Source: a virus. From it: a stretch of 64,000 nucleotides of DNA. How positions within the stretch are numbered: the stretch's first letter is position 1; each line of letters begins with the position of its first letter. The stretch spans positions 36,257 through 100,256 of IMG/VR virus record IMGVR_UViG_3300042291_001557. One strand, written 5' to 3'. The translations under genes were made by a program, and so were the position numbers. The notes below the pieces were generated by a model. It was given only the letters and a program-made list of their open reading frames with translations. It made no database searches and was not told the DNA's origin. This document shows positions 1 through 8,232 of this stretch, one piece after another.

Positions 1-4
1 CGAT

Positions 5-1930
5 GTGCGTGTGAGAGCCATGAACGTAGCTCCAGGCGGAGGAACGCGCAGCGCCTTAATAAACGCTTACACTGCTGGAATCCCAGGAACCGTAACTGGC
101 GTTAGTGGAACATCCAACGCTAACGCAGCGTCCGTGGTTTCATGGACTGCGCCAGATGCAAACGGTGACGGGATAGATGACTACACGATTCAGTACTCAA
201 CTACTTCAGACTTTTCTTCTGATATAAATACTTTTGCCCATACGGCATCCGCTGCTACTTCACAATCTATTCCACTCACAAACGGAACGACTTATTATTT
301 TAGAGTTAAAGCAGTAAACGCAGTTGGTTCATCCCTTGACTGGTCAGCTATTTCGGGAGGTGCAAGACCAGCAATTATTGCAGGAATACCAACTTCGATT
401 ACTCAAAGCTCAGGAAATGGCTCTTACACAATCGGATGGACAGCCCCAACGGGCACTCCGCCATTCTCTTATGTTGTTCAAATAACCACCGCAAACGAGA
501 CCGCATGGGACACGGCAAAAGAAGTTACCGTAACGTCTCTTAGTAAAACCTTTACTGGCCTGTCTAACGGTTCTTCTTACCGAGCCAGAGTTTATGCTTA
601 CAACGCTGCGGGAGCAACTGCTCCGTATTGGGTTGAAAGCACGGCGCAAACGCCATCCACGGTTCCTGACAACGTCGCAACTCCTACATCGTCTGCAGGA
701 GATAGATTCTTTAAAATTGACTGGGTAGCACCAACAGGAACTGGAACTGGTGGCTCACCAATAACAACGTATTGGGCTCAATATTCTACTGACAATGTCA
801 ATTGGGTAGGGACTGTGGATGTTGGAAACGTTCTTACCAAAACATGGACCAGCAATGGTACCACTTTCAAAAATGACGGAACAACTTATTATGGACGTGT
901 TATAGCATTTAACGTCAGAGGCAATAGCGTTGCATGGTCGGCTGGGTCACCTGGAAGAGCGCCAGCAATGGTTATTCCAACAATGAACTGGGTTGATTCT
1001 TCAGCTACAAAATATTCAGACTGGAGCATGTCCTGGTCTGGAACAACTGGATATACGTACCAAACTCAGAAGTATTACACCTCATGGGCAGACTTCGGGG
1101 GCTCACAAAGCGGTTCTGGTGCAAAAACAAGCGACTCGTTTACTGTTGGGTATGGGGCGTCTGTTTATGGCAGAGTAAAAGTAACGGACCCTGATGGTGT
1201 TGTTGATTACACGAACCAAAGGTATGTTACCGCCGGAAGAGCTGCCGGTTCAGATACCGACACATATAGCTGGAATGACTGGGTGTACACAAACGGAACT
1301 GCTACCGGGAGTGTCATTGCTTCCAATCGGAGCTACGATACTGAGGAACAGTTTAACGGAGAATCCTCCACAAATGTCTATCCCATTTCGTACCCTCACG
1401 TTTTTGATGACAACACCGACGGAACGCTTGGCTCCACCAACGGTAACATAGTCTATGTTTATGCCGTAAGAATAAGAATGACCCGTGCCAACAGTGAGGT
1501 ATTTGACCTCACAGCCAATACTCAAACTAACACAACTGGAAGAAAAGTTTTCTTCTATGGTCCTGGAAGTCTCGGGATGCGCCTCTGGAAACAGACCGAT
1601 GGTACACCAGTGGGCCAAAGCTGGGGAACCCCAGACCAAACAGTCAACTCCTTCTGGACCGGAACGGCCCAAAAGGAGCACACATGGAATGTCGACAATA
1701 CCGTTACCGGTAACGTACTTGTTAATGGCGTGCGCTGTTTGCGAGCTCCCGGTAATGAATGGTTTATATCCGGGAGCAATGCCGCTGGAACTGTATACTC
1801 CACCAACTGGGGTACCGTTGTGAGCGGTGCAGCAACAACCGTAGCGCTCACCGTGTATTATTTCCGTGCCACCAGGACATTCACTACATACGCCAATGAT
1901 TACGGCGCAACAAATTCAACCTATGGCTGA
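5..1930 (+). CDS. Fibronectin type III repeat virion/tail protein (5' end probably lies upstream of the window)
   Basis: At least three FN3-type units (VSWTAP...YTIQYS...YYFRVKAVN; IGWTAP...YRARVYAYN; IDWVAP...YYGRVIAFN); reading frame is open to the window edge. Confidence 0.75.
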   Translation: MRVRAMNVAPGGGTRSALINAYTAGIPGTVTGVSGTSNANAASVVSWTAPDANGDGIDDYTIQYSTTSDFSSDINTFAHTASAATSQSIPLTNGTTYYFRVKAVNAVGSSLDWSAISGGARPAIIAGIPTSITQSSGNGSYTIGWTAPTGTPPFSYVVQITTANETAWDTAKEVTVTSLSKTFTGLSNGSSYRARVYAYNAAGATAPYWVESTAQTPSTVPDNVATPTSSAGDRFFKIDWVAPTGTGTGGSPITTYWAQYSTDNVNWVGTVDVGNVLTKTWTSNGTTFKNDGTTYYGRVIAFNVRGNSVAWSAGSPGRAPAMVIPTMNWVDSSATKYSDWSMSWSGTTGYTYQTQKYYTSWADFGGSQSGSGAKTSDSFTVGYGASVYGRVKVTDPDGVVDYTNQRYVTAGRAAGSDTDTYSWNDWVYTNGTATGSVIASNRSYDTEEQFNGESSTNVYPISYPHVFDDNTDGTLGSTNGNIVYVYAVRIRMTRANSEVFDLTANTQTNTTGRKVFFYGPGSLGMRLWKQTDGTPVGQSWGTPDQTVNSFWTGTAQKEHTWNVDNTVTGNVLVNGVRCLRAPGNEWFISGSNAAGTVYSTNWGTVVSGAATTVALTVYYFRATRTFTTYANDYGATNSTYG

Positions 1931-1942
1931 TAATGTTTTGTC

Positions 1943-2161
1943 ATGCGTGAACAAATAGGCAAAAACCAAAAATCTAGTCCTACTGACTTTTTAAAATCAG
2001 ATACAGAATTTGCGCCGACTACACTTCAACGCGAGCGTTACTCAATCTGCAAGGAATGCCCAGAACTTACGAAAGTTACAAAGCAATGCAAGCAATGTGG
2101 TTGTTTTATGAACTTAAAAGTGAAGCTTGGTCATGCAGTCTGCCCACTAGGTAAGTGGTGA
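1943..2161 (+). CDS. Small Cys-rich protein, DUF6171-like
   Basis: RYSICKECP...QCKQCGCFM..K..L....CPLGKW pattern common in phage small proteins. Confidence 0.65.
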   Translation: MREQIGKNQKSSPTDFLKSDTEFAPTTLQRERYSICKECPELTKVTKQCKQCGCFMNLKVKLGHAVCPLGKW

Positions 2162-3217
2162 TTTCAGCTCGTAGAAACCTTTGCCCCACAAAGTCATAAG
2201 GCGAGTGAAGTACTTTTCATAGAGAAGCGCATTTGTTTCCAAGCCGAACCTATCGACCGCATACTCACGAATGGCCTTGCGGTCCAAGCTCGGTGCCGCA
2301 ACTGCTGCGTCAATGAATTCCTGCAATGTCCTGCAGCGAAAGCCGTTGACCCCATGAACTACGTTTTCGGGAAAAGCGCCCCAATCGGTTGTGATAACCG
2401 GAGTGCCACAGGCCATCGCCTCAGCCACAACTAAACCAAAAGGCTCGGTGTAAATAGTTGGCACAAATGAGGCAATTGCCCCACCCATGAGCCTTGCTCG
2501 CTCTTCGGTTCCAACCACCCCAACATACTCTCCGTAAGCAGGCGGAGTTCCCTGTCCAGCGACCACCAGACGCTTCCCAAGGGCCTTACAGACGTCTGCG
2601 GCTATCTGATAGCCCTTTCGCTCTATAAGGCGTCCTATGAACAAATAGTAGTCATCTGGGGTTTCCCTGAATGGGAAGTCATTGATGTCCACATGGCCCG
2701 GAATTACGTCGTCATAGAACTGCCCGTCTACGTCATGTGGGTTGGTGACCGCTGCTCCGTAGCAGACATGCATCCATGCGTAGGACTCAAAAACCTTGTA
2801 TTTGGCAAAGATGCCACCATAGCCAACCTCAAACTCCACGGTCATATTGTTGGGAAAGGCGTCGGCTACTCCCTTGTGTGCCAGCCCGCCAATAACGCAA
2901 ATAAAGTCTTTTGGTTGGATTCTTTTACCTATCTCGGCAATGATGTTCTTATTCATATTCTGCCAATGGGGCAAGGAATAGTCAAAAGAGGCGAGAGTGT
3001 AGTGGTTCCCGTTTAAGGACTGAAGACGCTCTTCTTCGGTGATGCACATAACGTGCTCAGTGCAGGGGGCTTCATTAAACTCCCCGCTGTACAAGAAAAC
3101 TTCATGACTCAAAGACGTCATCATTATTGCAAACTTACGGACATTCTCCGTAAACGCACATGACGTAAATTCTTTTGTCGTATTTGTGTGGGGGAGGCTA
3201 ATTAGGTGAAATCTCAT
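2147..3217 (-). CDS. GT-B fold glycosyltransferase (GT4-like)
   Basis: YYLFIGRLIERKG and EPFGLVVAEAMACGTPVI motifs. Confidence 0.9.
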   Translation of the reverse strand: MRFHLISLPHTNTTKEFTSCAFTENVRKFAIMMTSLSHEVFLYSGEFNEAPCTEHVMCITEEERLQSLNGNHYTLASFDYSLPHWQNMNKNIIAEIGKRIQPKDFICVIGGLAHKGVADAFPNNMTVEFEVGYGGIFAKYKVFESYAWMHVCYGAAVTNPHDVDGQFYDDVIPGHVDINDFPFRETPDDYYLFIGRLIERKGYQIAADVCKALGKRLVVAGQGTPPAYGEYVGVVGTEERARLMGGAIASFVPTIYTEPFGLVVAEAMACGTPVITTDWGAFPENVVHGVNGFRCRTLQEFIDAAVAAPSLDRKAIREYAVDRFGLETNALLYEKYFTRLMTLWGKGFYELKSPLT

Positions 3218-3242
3218 TTATGACCTCGATTAAACATTTCTA

Positions 3243-3929
3243 TCACGGCATTAGAACTGATGATTTGAAATGCCCGACTTTAACCGCAGTGTCAACAACC
3301 GCATCAAAACCTGCATCTTTGGCTCTTTTAAACATTGCCGTATCTTCTGAAGTGACTATTCTCTTCATTACCCTTCCGTCGCTCGTTATGGTTTCTTCTT
3401 CTGCGTCGGCAAAATATGGGTTGTGGATGTTCTCGAAGACGCCCTGCTTGAAGCATACAAACCCAAAGCCGGCAGCATCTATGTTTACGTACTTTACGCT
3501 GGTGTTAAAATCTTCCATCTTTGCAAACCTGTAATCAAATATTGAGGCTTCCGAATCGTTGGCTGTTTCTTCCAAAATCTGCTGAGGGCTCTTCTTCACG
3601 ACAACAGACAGGCTTCCGTCGCCCCTAATTACATAAATTCCACTAGTAATCGTGTGTGGAGATTCAATAAGCGAACAAAAATCAGACACAGACCATTCGA
3701 TGTCGCTATCTATCCAGAACATGTGGGTGTAGTCAGGGTGCTCAGTGAGGGCGCGAAATGCCAACTTGTCACGCAGTTGACCAACATGGGCTCCGCTTTC
3801 GTGAAGAAAGCTTAGTTCTATATTGTTTTGCGAACAGTATTTAACCGTGTCAAAAAAAGACCTTACATAACATGGGGAAAATTCTCGGGCAGGAGTGACG
3901 ATAACGACATTCCTATTGCTCTGAATCAT
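3243..3929 (-). CDS. GT-A fold glycosyltransferase-like protein
   Basis: IVTP start, WIDSDI DxD motif, GFGFVCFK..VFE, SED..F...A...GF, VGH. Confidence 0.75.
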   Translation of the reverse strand: MIQSNRNVVIVTPAREFSPCYVRSFFDTVKYCSQNNIELSFLHESGAHVGQLRDKLAFRALTEHPDYTHMFWIDSDIEWSVSDFCSLIESPHTITSGIYVIRGDGSLSVVVKKSPQQILEETANDSEASIFDYRFAKMEDFNTSVKYVNIDAAGFGFVCFKQGVFENIHNPYFADAEEETITSDGRVMKRIVTSEDTAMFKRAKDAGFDAVVDTAVKVGHFKSSVLMP

Positions 3930-4698
3930 CTGTCAAATCTTTGCTTTGGGCTTCCGTCCATGTGAACTCGGTTTTTGGTTCCTCAAACACTTCGTGGTTA
4001 ATAGTATTTACTGGCGTGTCGTCAGTATTTTCCTCAAAGTCCAAACTCGTCGTGACAAAACAGCTAATTATCCACTTGTCCGAAGAATAAGGGACCAATC
4101 CCATGTGTGGGTGAGTCCAACTTGTAGGAAACAAAACAATTTTACCGATTTCCGCATCGACAGAACAATCATGAATTCTAAAACTTGTCCCCCCGCCATC
4201 GGTAACGGTATTTAGGTAGACGACGACAGCTAAAACTCTTGTGTGGTTTTTGCCGTTTTCGTCCGGCCTTGGATAGTCCCATGGTAAACCGTCGACATGC
4301 TCTCTATAGAAACCGTCATTTTTAAAGTACCTCTGAATTCTTAATCCAGTAATGTCCAGATTCGGGACAGACCAGAATTGTGGAAACATTTGGATGTAAT
4401 CATTTATGCACGACCATATGCGCGCATAGAGGTACTCACTGACTGCCGCATACTGGTGGTAATACTTGGTGGAATCAACCGTGTATATATTTGGGTCCAT
4501 CAACCCAGTGTCCATACAGCGTTTAATGCCTGTATTCACGCCACCTATAGTCGGCCCCTGAGTAAAAAAGCCAACGTTTAAAAAATCTTCCAAAAGGTTA
4601 GACACTAAAGATTCACATCTTTCTGCATCTAGAGCCTCCTTGTATTCGGCTATATATGAATATTTTCCAAGAGGAAAAGATGCTTTGGTTAATCCCAT
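3913..4698 (-). CDS. 2OG-Fe(II) oxygenase (prolyl-hydroxylase-like)
   Basis: EHVD (HxD), RVLAVVVYLN...GGGT.F, LFP..WTHPH...KW; start set at MGLTK to limit overlap. Confidence 0.85.
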   Translation of the reverse strand: MGLTKASFPLGKYSYIAEYKEALDAERCESLVSNLLEDFLNVGFFTQGPTIGGVNTGIKRCMDTGLMDPNIYTVDSTKYYHQYAAVSEYLYARIWSCINDYIQMFPQFWSVPNLDITGLRIQRYFKNDGFYREHVDGLPWDYPRPDENGKNHTRVLAVVVYLNTVTDGGGTSFRIHDCSVDAEIGKIVLFPTSWTHPHMGLVPYSSDKWIISCFVTTSLDFEENTDDTPVNTINHEVFEEPKTEFTWTEAQSKDLTDDSEQ

Positions 4699-5468
4699 TT
4701 GCGTTGTTCCTTTCTGTATTTGCCCCTGCGCCAACTAGGGAGAAGAGGAATTGGTCCACCAAAACCTCTTTCGTAAATAAGCTTAAATACGTTCTCGTCA
4801 CCAACGTGCATTTTTGAAACATTATCAGAACGTTTAAAAAAAGTCATTTGGGCAATAGGGGTCCCCTGAGGAATGTAGAACTCTTTGTCCGTCAACACGT
4901 TTAAAATTATATTGACCGTATGGTAATAATCCGTGTTTATTACTCCCGGGATTACGTCAAACTCGGGCCTTGGATTAAGAAGCGAACCAGTCAGAATGCT
5001 TGAATATCCTTTTGGCGTCATAAAGCAAAACGGATTCCCAAGCTTTATGTATTGCCCTTCGCCAACAGATGGGTTTCTTCTTTCCGTAAACGGACAGTCC
5101 CCTGTTTGTTTTCTTTCAAAATGCTGTATTGAGCCCATAATTTTTATGTTTTTTCTGTCGACATTAAACTCAGACTGAATGTCAATACCATTGGGATGAG
5201 GCCTTACTCGTAGGTCGGCCCACAATGGGATGGTCACACCGTTATGCATCAGGTCTTGTCCGCCAGGGCAATACCTATAACCGTCCTCTAGAGGGGTTTT
5301 GGTCGTCCAGTCGTCTTTGGAGAACTTGTTCATGTAGGGCATAATATCTTCATCGCCTAACAACCTATTGTCTTCTGCGGTTATTAATATTTCCCCTGGC
5401 TTCAACTTGGGTAACTGGTTTACCCTGGATACGCCATCTAGATAAACAACATTTTTAGAAGATTTCAT
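4689..5468 (-). CDS. DUF6065-like / dUTPase-like beta protein (module A)
   Basis: CPG..D...GVTIPLW.D, PGVINTDYYH, GTPIAQ..F.R; paralog of 14660..15454. Confidence 0.6.
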   Translation of the reverse strand: MKSSKNVVYLDGVSRVNQLPKLKPGEILITAEDNRLLGDEDIMPYMNKFSKDDWTTKTPLEDGYRYCPGGQDLMHNGVTIPLWADLRVRPHPNGIDIQSEFNVDRKNIKIMGSIQHFERKQTGDCPFTERRNPSVGEGQYIKLGNPFCFMTPKGYSSILTGSLLNPRPEFDVIPGVINTDYYHTVNIILNVLTDKEFYIPQGTPIAQMTFFKRSDNVSKMHVGDENVFKLIYERGFGGPIPLLPSWRRGKYRKEQRKWD

Positions 5469-6891
5469 GGTGGTATACGGTTTCAAGGTTCATGTTTGAT
5501 TGTCTTATTTCGGAGAGACTAGATGAAGCATAGTGCCGATTCTGATAATAATCAAGAGACCGAGAACATGATTCCTTTGTTATCAAACCCTGCCCTTGCG
5601 CCACATGCCAGAAGTGCGCTATCTGAAAAAGTTCATATCCACTCTGAGGGACGTCATTGGTGGAAGGGGGCCTTTCTGACCACAACTCTAAGAGCTCGGA
5701 AAGCAAAGGGGACCTTGGGGCACTTGCTGCGTCTTTCCAGAAACTGGTATCCCTTCTGTCCGATATGTAATGCATGCTCACCATGGCTATGAGGTTCTCG
5801 TGAAAACTTTCCATAATCGAATTGTACTTTCGGGAAAGAGACGTAGAGCCGGGTTTGAAAAATGGAATAAAACTAGATAGCGCCTTAGCCTGCTGAATTG
5901 CCGTAGAAATACTCGTAGCCTCAAGTGGCTCCATAAAAGAACTGCTCAACCCAATGGCAACACAGTTGTTTACCCACTGCTTACTGGTGTACCCAGGATT
6001 AAACTTTATAACTCTTGGCTTATCGAGAACATGACCAGTGACTTGTTCTATCTCTTTTATTGCTTGCTCTTCGTCTAGATGACCAGATGAGAAGACGTAA
6101 CCATTCCCACGTCTTTCCTGGGTAGGAATCTCCCACATCCAACCAGACGACATGGCGATAGCCCTGGTGTACTGCCTTATCAGACCGTTCGGGTCAGGTT
6201 TTGTCGGGAAAGGTATAGCCGTATCCGTAAGTAAATATCGTGATGCATCCACCCATTTGGCTTCGTCAAAATTCTTAATTAGGAACTTTGAAAACCCCGA
6301 AGCGTCTATCCAGAAATCAGAATAATATGTTTCTGAATTTGACGCAACCGACTGTATGTACCCGGTTTCATCAATCAAAGAAGAGACTAAGTCATCTATG
6401 AAAATCTTTATATTTTTCCTGGAACAAATTTTTTGAAGATAATGATTCAGCTTAAATGTGTCAAAATGATATTGATTTGTGTTTCTATGGATATGTTCTG
6501 ATTTGACTACTTTTGTTTCAATAAACCCAGGATGAGTTATTGTGTTGGTGAGCAGCTTGCCTTGCTCATGAATGTATTCATACAGAGGTATGTTTTCATT
6601 TTTAATAAAATAACCACTAATACTGTGAAAATAATCAGGAGTGTGATTGGTCCATTTCTCAAACCGAATACCAAGTTTGTGCGTAGCGGCAGTTTCCCTG
6701 ACCATCTCATCAATGTCTATTCCTGCTATTTCAACAAAGCTATGCCAATGCTCCGTACTACCTTCGCCAACTCCAATTATGCCAATAGTTTTTGACTCAA
6801 TAATTGAAACGTCAAGCAAGGGAAGCTTGCTTTTTAGAACTATCGCCGCAACAAGACCAGCAGTCCCTGCCCCTACAACCATAACCTTCAT
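5455..6891 (-). CDS. Flavin-dependent tryptophan-halogenase family protein (module A)
   Basis: GAGTAG FAD loop, GVGEGS, ATHKLGIRF (catalytic Lys position), WMWEIP, FMEPLEATS. Confidence 0.9.
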   Translation of the reverse strand: MKVMVVGAGTAGLVAAIVLKSKLPLLDVSIIESKTIGIIGVGEGSTEHWHSFVEIAGIDIDEMVRETAATHKLGIRFEKWTNHTPDYFHSISGYFIKNENIPLYEYIHEQGKLLTNTITHPGFIETKVVKSEHIHRNTNQYHFDTFKLNHYLQKICSRKNIKIFIDDLVSSLIDETGYIQSVASNSETYYSDFWIDASGFSKFLIKNFDEAKWVDASRYLLTDTAIPFPTKPDPNGLIRQYTRAIAMSSGWMWEIPTQERRGNGYVFSSGHLDEEQAIKEIEQVTGHVLDKPRVIKFNPGYTSKQWVNNCVAIGLSSSFMEPLEATSISTAIQQAKALSSFIPFFKPGSTSLSRKYNSIMESFHENLIAMVSMHYISDRRDTSFWKDAASAPRSPLLSELLELWSERPPSTNDVPQSGYELFQIAHFWHVAQGQGLITKESCSRSLDYYQNRHYASSSLSEIRQSNMNLETVYHHEIF

Positions 6892-6894
6892 GAG

Positions 6895-7521
6895 CTACCT
6901 AAGCCATGTTACGAAGGCATACTTGATGCCAAAATTGTTTTCCTCTACGGGGTGAGCTGTATGTCTATACAAATAGTTTGACGGAAACAAAACCATAGAA
7001 CCAGCAGAGGGAGAAACCTTTATGCCGAAATAATCAAACTCCAATTCGCCTCCGTTGAAGTCGTCATTAAACCACCCGACACAGCTAAGAATGCGACCAT
7101 TTTCCGAGCCGTAATCACAATGAGAACTGTATTCTCCACCGCTTGGGTATTTTAATACTCTGTATCCTTCGTCGGTAGACAGCTCAAGGCTGTACTTATC
7201 ACGATAATGATAAACCGCTGCGTCTATGTTCTTGAATATTTTTTTCCAGAGTACTGCTGCCGGTTTCATTCTTGGAATATTTTCTATTTTGTTAGCTTGC
7301 AGGGGGTTCAACTCCATTTGTACAGACATTCTGTACGATGAAATTTTACCGTTGTCAGTTTCTGAATTTTCCCACATCAAGTATGGCCAGTCTTCTTTTG
7401 ACTCAGATTCAATAAGTTCTATGATGTTTTCAGGTGAAAATATGTTTTTGTACATAATTACGCCAGGGGCCAACTCTACTATTTCTGAGCTTTCTATAAT
7501 TTCGTTAACAGACATCATCAT
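6895..7521 (-). CDS. 2OG-Fe(II) oxygenase (module A)
   Basis: LKY..GGEYSSHCD, GGELEF, LFPSNYLYRHTAHPV....KY. Confidence 0.88.
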   Translation of the reverse strand: MMMSVNEIIESSEIVELAPGVIMYKNIFSPENIIELIESESKEDWPYLMWENSETDNGKISSYRMSVQMELNPLQANKIENIPRMKPAAVLWKKIFKNIDAAVYHYRDKYSLELSTDEGYRVLKYPSGGEYSSHCDYGSENGRILSCVGWFNDDFNGGELEFDYFGIKVSPSAGSMVLFPSNYLYRHTAHPVEENNFGIKYAFVTWLR

Positions 7522-7948
7522 TTACCGTAAAATCAAAAGTGTGAATAATCTTATCTTTATACCAAACGCAAATAGCACAATCTCCCGGCGCACCAAAATT
7601 AAGCCCAAAATGAATAGAATGCCTATTTATTTTTTTTACATCTAGAAATCTGTGCCCATTTGGCTCTCCCACAATGTAGAGAAAAAGACTAATTTTTACA
7701 TCATCATCAAATACGAGAAATTCGTTTTTGTAATCAATCCGAATTAATTGATTTACCTTGACAGGAGAATGAGAAAACTTTATTGAATGCTCTGTTGGGA
7801 TAGAAATCGGACGAGGGGTGTCTCTGTCAAAAATCAAATCTTTGGTTCTCTCGTTGTCGCCGATAAGTATGGGGGCGACGTGGAGTCTAGATAATTCCTC
7901 TGCTGTGGGAAGCATTTCTTCTGTTGGACAAAAAATTACTGTATCCAT
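7505..7948 (-). CDS. Hypothetical protein (module A; positional counterpart of 17546..17962)
   Basis: Same position, similar size, weak similarity (A.EL, I..G.N..T.D, ID...EF..F..D). Confidence 0.6.
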   Translation of the reverse strand: MDTVIFCPTEEMLPTAEELSRLHVAPILIGDNERTKDLIFDRDTPRPISIPTEHSIKFSHSPVKVNQLIRIDYKNEFLVFDDDVKISLFLYIVGEPNGHRFLDVKKINRHSIHFGLNFGAPGDCAICVWYKDKIIHTFDFTVNDDVC

Positions 7949-7974
7949 AAATAGACACAATAGCAGTTAATTCT

Positions 7975-8223
7975 TTATTCCGCCTGAAGTCGAGCAAGGC
8001 TGGCCCGTGTAGTCTTTATTCCTACAACCAACATTCGGAAATGAGTTGAATACATATAAGACTCGCCGTCTTCAGGAACTTCAAAAGTATCCATGTCTAC
8101 GGTGAGAGGGTCTATCCCTGACTGTATGCAAGTTGTGAAAAAATTAGAGTACGCGGTCTCTAGCGCTTTGGTAAGGAGATTTACTGTTTCTTCTGTCGTT
8201 ATTTCGTCTCTTAGTTCTGGCAT
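7975..8223 (-). CDS. Small helical protein (module A; counterpart of 17959..18186), possible fibre chaperone
   Basis: LE..Y......GIDP.T.D motif shared with 17959..18186; SD AGAGGA upstream. Confidence 0.6.
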   Translation of the reverse strand: MPELRDEITTEETVNLLTKALETAYSNFFTTCIQSGIDPLTVDMDTFEVPEDGESYMYSTHFRMLVVGIKTTRASLARLQAE

Positions 8224-8232
8224 TTTTCCTCT

